A stretch of 64,000 nt of DNA from the human T2T-CHM13v2.0 reference genome, Homo sapiens, in the NCBI RefSeq assembly GCF_009914755.1, contig NC_060926.1. One strand, given 5' to 3'. Under the pieces are notes generated by a model. The model did not search any database, had not been told where the DNA came from, and saw nothing but the letters and a program-made list of their open reading frames with translations. Shown one piece after another: positions 57,885 through 64,000 of the stretch; the first letter of the stretch is position 1; each line of letters opens with the position of its first letter. A program made the position numbers and the translations under genes.

Positions 57885-59985
57885 CTTTTTAAAATTGTGG
57901 TGAAATACATACAACATGAAATTTTCATTTTAACTATTATTTTGGTGTATAGTTCAGTGGTGTTAAGTACATTCTACTGTTGTGCAACCGTCACCACCAT
58001 CCATTTCCAGAACTTTTTCATCTTTCTGAACTCAAGCTTTGCATCCATTAAACAATGATTTCTGTCTCCCCCTTTCCCCATCTCCTGGCAACTGTCACCA
58101 TTCTATTTTCTATGAATTTGACTGTTATAGGTACCTCATATAAGTGGAATCATATAGTATTTGTTCAATTTGTAAGTAATTTACTTCATTTAACATAAAG
58201 TTTTCAAGGTTCATCTACATTGTAGCATGTGTCAGAACTTGTTTATTTTTTGAGGCTGAATAATATTCCATTGTTTTTATATGCCATGTTCTGTTTATTC
58301 ATTCACCCATTGTTGGATATGTGGGTTGTTTTCACCCTTTTACTATTGTGAATAATGTTGCTGTGAACACTGGTGTACAAATATCTGAGTCCCTGCTTTA
58401 AATTCTTCTGCGTGTATACCCATGAGTGGAATTGCTGGATCATATGATAATTCTGTGTGTAACCTTTTGAGGAATCACCAGACTTTTCCACAGTGATTGC
58501 ACCATTTTACATTCCTACCAACAGTACACAAAGGTGTCGGTTTCTCCACATCCTCGCCAATATGTGTTTTCTGTTTTTTTAATAGTAGCCATACTAATGG
58601 GTATGTAGTGGTATCTCTCATTGTGGTTTTTGATTTGCATTTCCTAATCTTAGTGATATTGAGCATCTATTCATGTGCATATTGTTTGTTTGTATATCTT
58701 CTTTGAAGAAATGTCTATTCAAATCCTTTGCTTGCTTTTTTTTTTTTTTTTTTTTAAATTTTTTCCAGACAGGTTCTTGCTCTGTTCCCCAGGCTGGAGT
58801 ACAGAGGCATGATGATCATGGCTCACTGCAGCCTCAACTTCCCAGGCTCAAGTGATTCTCCTACCACAGCCTCCTAAGTAGCTGGGACTACAGGCACACA
58901 CCACCGTGCCTGGCTAATTTTTAAATTTTTTGTAGAGATGAGGTCTCACAGTGTTACTCAGGCTAGTCTCGAACTCCTGGGCTCAGGCAATTTTCCTGAC
59001 AGCCTCCCAAAGTGCTGTCATTTTTTGTTGTTGTTAGGAGTTTTAGGTGTTTTTTATATATTCTAGGTATTATTCCCTTTCAAATACATGATTTACAAAT
59101 ATTTCCTCCTTTTTGTGGGTAGTCTTTTCATTCTCTTGATAGCGTCCTTTGTTGCACAGTAGTTTTTAACTTTGATGAAGTACAGTTTAACTACTTTTTC
59201 TTTTATTGCCTGTGCTTTTGGTATCATGTCAAAGAAACCATTGCCAAATCCAGTGTCCTGAAGCTTTTCCCTATGTTTTCTTCTAAGAGTTTTATAGTTT
59301 GAGGTCTTTGATCTATTTCAAGTTAATTTTTTTATATGGTTTAAAATAAGGATCCAGCTTCATTGTTTTGCATGTGGATATCTGGTTTTCCTAGTGCTAT
59401 TTATTGAAAAGACTGTCCTTTCCCTATTGACTGATTTTGGCATCCTTGTCGAGGGTCATTTGACTAAGTATGTGAGGATTTATTTCTGGGCTCTCTATTC
59501 CATTCCATTAGTCTGTGTATCTGTCTTTATGCCAGTTCCACACTTTTTGATTTGCAGTAAGTTCTGAAATTTGACTCCCCCAGCTAATATTATTTTGGCT
59601 GGGCTCAGTGGCTCATGCCTGTAATCCTAGCTCTTTGGGAGGCCGATGGGGGTGGATCACTTGAGGCCAGGAGTTCGCGATCAGCCTGGCCAACATGGCA
59701 AAACCCCCCATCTCTACCAGAAAACTACAAAAATTAGCTGGCATGGTAGTACACACACCTGTAGTCCCAGCTACTCACAGCTACTCAAGAGGCTAAGGCA
59801 GGAGAATCGCTTGAACTCGGGAGGCGAAAGTTGCAGGAAGCCCAGATCACACCACTGCACTCCAGCCTGGGCAACAGAGCAAGGCTCTGTCTCAAAAAGA
59901 GAGATTCTTTTGATGTTAGATTCCATATGAATTTTTGGATAGATCTTTCTATTTCTGCAAAAATTGTCATTGGGATCTTAAGGGG
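57885..59985 (-). mobile_element. L1MB-type 3' region with Alus (-58736-59017; +59597-59899)
   Basis: aattgtggtgaaatacatacaacatgaaatt, taggtacctcatataagtggaatcata, ttattgaaaagactgtcctttccc. Confidence 0.92.
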
Positions 59986-60444
59986 ACAACCACTTGTTTT
60001 TAACTGATTTTTCTGCATGGACCTCCTTGTGCCATAGCAGCACAGCTATTTGAGAGTTTAAGGCTCTATAAAATGTTTAATTAAGGCTTCTATAGGGTAG
60101 TATGCATTATAAAATCTGAAATGATCCAGCCTGGATTTAGATTATGCAAGTTTCTTTGCTTGTATCTTCTCTTTTGGTAAGAAAGAACATACCTAGAAAG
60201 TAGACAGCCTCCTTTAGGGAGGAAATAGTATTTGACATGGATATGTCTTGGGAATTGCGTTTCTTTTGCTAGGTAATCTAAGAATTTGTGTAGGCTTTTA
60301 GTATGGAGTAGTTTTAGGGTGACTGCTTTAAAACTTCAAAGCTATAGAAATGACCCTCTAAATTGAGAGAATAAAGTCACTTTTAAAGACTGTTAAGCCG
60401 TAATTCATGGTAGTATGTAAAAGTAAAATTTTATTTCATTTTAG

Positions 60445-60534
60445 CATGCCAATGAAGATGTGGAAAGAATGTTACTAGGAAACAAGTGTGATATGGACGA
60501 CAAAAGAGTTGTACCTAAAGGAAAAGGAGAACAG
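60445..60534 (+). CDS. RAB10: RAB10 exon 4 (90 bp, phase 0-0): [30 protein letters not shown]
   Basis: Acceptor ttttatttcattttag|C, donor CAG|gtaaaa. Contains G4 box NKCD. Confidence 0.98.
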
Positions 60535-61150
60535 GTAAAAATCTGAATTAAACTGATACTCTGCTCTTTCTTTGTAAAGGTAATGCTACTTTTGATTATT
60601 TTTATAGTAATAGTGATCGAACACACTAAGCTAATTACATAGTTTTTAAAATGCTTGTTGGAAATAATATTTTATCATTTGAGTGAATTTTTTTTCAGTG
60701 CATATTTAACATGTATGGGAGAATCAAATGTGCCCATAGTATTTTTAGCCTTATTTAAACTACAAAGAGAGAAAAATATAAGTCATTAATCCTCGGTTTT
60801 TAAACTTAGGACTTTAAGGAAATGTATCAATTAGTATGGTTCTAAAATGTGACAATCAGGAGCCTATGGTGAGCAGAAATTAGACCCTGAGGAGTCAGGT
60901 TGAGCTTCTCATAAGTTTGCCCCCAGTGTGAAGTATCTGACTTAGAATATCTGAAATAAACTTTTGGGGTAAGGAGATTACTTTTCTTTTGTTTGTTTTA
61001 TGAAAGAGCTTGACTTGCTGAAATATTCTGTGTTATATATTCTAGTTGGGACCACTGCCTTCAGAATAAGATTAATATTTAAGCTGTTAAAGTCAGCAGT
61101 TGGCAACCCATGCTTGATAATTTTATGATGATATTTTGTTTCTGTTTTAG

Positions 61151-61252
61151 ATTGCAAGGGAGCATGGTATTAGGTTTTTTGAGACTAGTGCAAAAGCAAA
61201 TATAAACATCGAAAAGGCGTTCCTCACGTTAGCTGAAGATATCCTTCGAAAG
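61151..61252 (+). CDS. RAB10: RAB10 exon 5 (102 bp, phase 0-0): [34 protein letters not shown]
   Basis: Acceptor ttttgtttctgttttag|A, donor AAG|gtaagt. Contains G5 box ETSAK. Confidence 0.98.
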
Positions 61253-61372
61253 GTAAGTTCCTGTTTTTATATCCTGCCAGGTACCTGAGTATCTCTGTTG
61301 AATATTTTGTCTATTCTGAAGTACTGGATTTACATACAGAATTTGAGTTTGGGTGGTATTGTTTCTGTAGGG

Positions 61373-61708
61373 CAGCAGTCCCCAGCCTTTTTGGCACCAA
61401 GGACTGGTTTCATGGAAGATAATTTTTCCATGGACCGTACTGGGGGGTAGTTTCACCCAGAAACTACCCCACCTCAGATCATCAGGCGTTAGATCCTCCT
61501 AAGGAGCACGCAACCTAGATCCCTTGCATGTGCAGTTCACAGTGGGGTTTGCACTCCTATGAGAATCTAATGCTACCACTGATCTGATGGGAGGCGGAGC
61601 TCAGGTAATAATGCTCACTCACTTGCTGCTCACCTCCTGCTGGGTGGCCCCGTTCTTAACAGGCCACGGACCGGTAAGAGTCCACAGCCCCGGGGTTGGG
61701 GACTTCTG
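61373..61708 (+). mobile_element. MER1B-like hAT MITE, 120 bp downstream of exon 5
   Basis: cagcagtccccagcctttttggcacca...ctcctatgagaatctaatgc...ggttggggacttctg; imperfect 8-bp TSD ctgtaggg/ctataagg. Confidence 0.9.
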
Positions 61709-62294
61709 CTATAAGGAACTGGGGAAACAGAAAGCCATCTAGAAATCTGAAGGATCTAGTCAGTGGTAACCATTAATATTCTGAGCTCCACAGTCACTGT
61801 CTAGTCCCTAGTTCAATTATTTTTTCCAGCTTTTTGTCTTTTCTAGCCTTTTTACTCTTGGACTCATTTCGCTTAATGAGTACTTTGCATTCTCAAAGAT
61901 AATTTAGGAAATTTTAAGATAAGAAATGAATCTATTAAGTAGTTATTGCCACAGAATTGCTATTCTGCCATATTAGTCACTTCTCAGGCAAATAAAGGGC
62001 GTGTACATATTCTGTACGTACTGAATAAAACCTATTATGTAAGAAAATAAATAATGCTGAAAATGTGATCTTGGGGAATTCATATTTTACCTCAGGTTTG
62101 TTTCTGGGTTTAAGATTTGTGACTCTCAATATTTGCTAGTGTAAGTAACGTAGTCAAATTAGGAAATCGGATTTTCGTATTTTCCCTCGAGTGAATAGGT
62201 ATAATGCATGGATTTGGTTATGAGTCCTGAATTCTCTGTTCAATCTGTTGAAATTTTAAATGCAAATAAATACAGATAAAATCTGACATACATT

Positions 62295-62590
<296 letters not shown>

Positions 62591-63594
62591 ATCTGACACA
62601 CATCCTAAAAGAGAAGCAGATGTTGTATAGGAGAAAATGTAATTACATTTGGTAACCTTTCTATTTTTATATTTGAAATATTAATATATTTTTCTAAAAC
62701 CAACCTATACATAAAAGGTAGATGTTTGTTTTTAAATTTTCTTAACCAACCAGTTTTCTTTCTCCACTTTGGAAGGACAGAGACATTAGCTGTAGTAGAG
62801 GTGGTATGTCACATATAAATCTAGTGAAATTTCTGAGCAATTATAAGAGATTGAGTTGAGATATTTACATTGAAGTAAATTATATAGAGGCATTAAAACT
62901 AAGGGACCTAATTTTTAGAGTGAAATGTAGGTATCTGTTTACTACAATTGAATATTCAAACTGGAAAAAACAGTCATCAGTTATTGCTCTTCAATGGGAC
63001 TAAAAAATTGGTGCCCTTTTGAGTCTGCCAGCTTCCTTGCATATCATATTTTGGGATTTCCTGCTTTAGGAGATGTTTTTCTATGAGAATCCAGTCAGAT
63101 CAAAAATTGAATTTTATTTCAGAGAATGAGAGAGGCTGACAGCAATTAAAATAAGTATAAAAGATCTCCATAGTGTATTGAGTGATAAAAAGCAAATTAG
63201 GATATAATATGTGAAGTGATCTCATTTTTCAAGATTATATGATACCAAACATACATATGTACACGCAGATACATTTTGTTACTTTTAGCAACTAGAGAAC
63301 TGGAAGGGTAGATACCAAAGTCTAAATAGCACTCCAAGAGAGTGATGGTGGTAAGGGGGACGGATCATAGGGCAGATTCATTTACCGACTATAGGCAGTT
63401 TAGTTTTGAAATTTCAACAGCTTTCTTTTTTGAATTATAAAAACAATTTTAAGATTTTTTTTGAAAGAATAGTCTTTCACAATTGAGTTAAGGTGAAACC
63501 CATTAGAATTTCTTGAGAAAATAAATCTATATTATTTATTGTTCTTTTGAAGAGCAAAAGAATAGAAGAATACAACTAGGAAAAAATGTGTTTC

Positions 63595-64000
63595 TTTCTT
63601 TCCTTTTTTTTTTCTTTTTGTGACAGGGTCTCACTGTGTTTCCCAGGCTGAAGTGTAGTGGCTGTTGGCAAGTGTGATCATGCTGGCCATAGCCTCAAAT
63701 TCCTGGCCTCCAGTGATACACTAGTAGCTGGGACCACAGGGGTATGCCATCAAGCCTGGCTTGGTCTCTCTCTTTTTTTTTTTTAATTGATGGGGTCTGA
63801 CTATGTTGCCCAGGCTAGATTTGAACTCCTGGGCTCAAGCCATCCTCCTGCTTCAGCTTTCTGAGTAGCTAGGACCACGAGGACACATCACCATCCCTCA
63901 CTAATTTTCAGATTTTTTGGTAGAGATTGGGGGTGTCTCACTGTTTTGTCCAGGCAGGTCTTGAACTCATGGCCTCAAGTGATCCTCTCACCCTGGCCTC
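63595..64000 (-). mobile_element. Old antisense Alu monomers/fragments
   Basis: FLAM/AluJ-like sequence running to the window end. Confidence 0.85.

Overview
Human/primate genomic DNA from inside the RAB10 small-GTPase gene (+ strand). The window starts in the long first intron, contains coding exons 2-5 (61, 139, 90 and 102 bp, all with AG/GT boundaries, encoding residues ~43-173) and ends in intron 5. Exons 1 and 6 lie outside. The rest is repeat-dense intron: about 60 Alus, many old L1M/L2/MIR fragments, LTRs (THE1, MLT1, MER21), DNA transposon fossils (Charlie1a, near-full-length Tigger2, MER8, Tigger3a, MER1B, MER20) and an antisense processed RPS2 pseudogene in intron 2. Most ORFs in the supplied track are Alu/L1 artefacts. 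I see no new protein-coding system. The most unusual structures are an Alu followed by a polyadenylated LTR fragment (3'-transduction-like), a ~16-nt micro-retroinsertion, a templated insertion inside an Alu, a possible stop-free exon 4-5 circRNA, and a perfect ARE/MARE fused to an ETS site. Repeat subfamily names come from recall of consensus sequences, and repeat boundaries are approximate.
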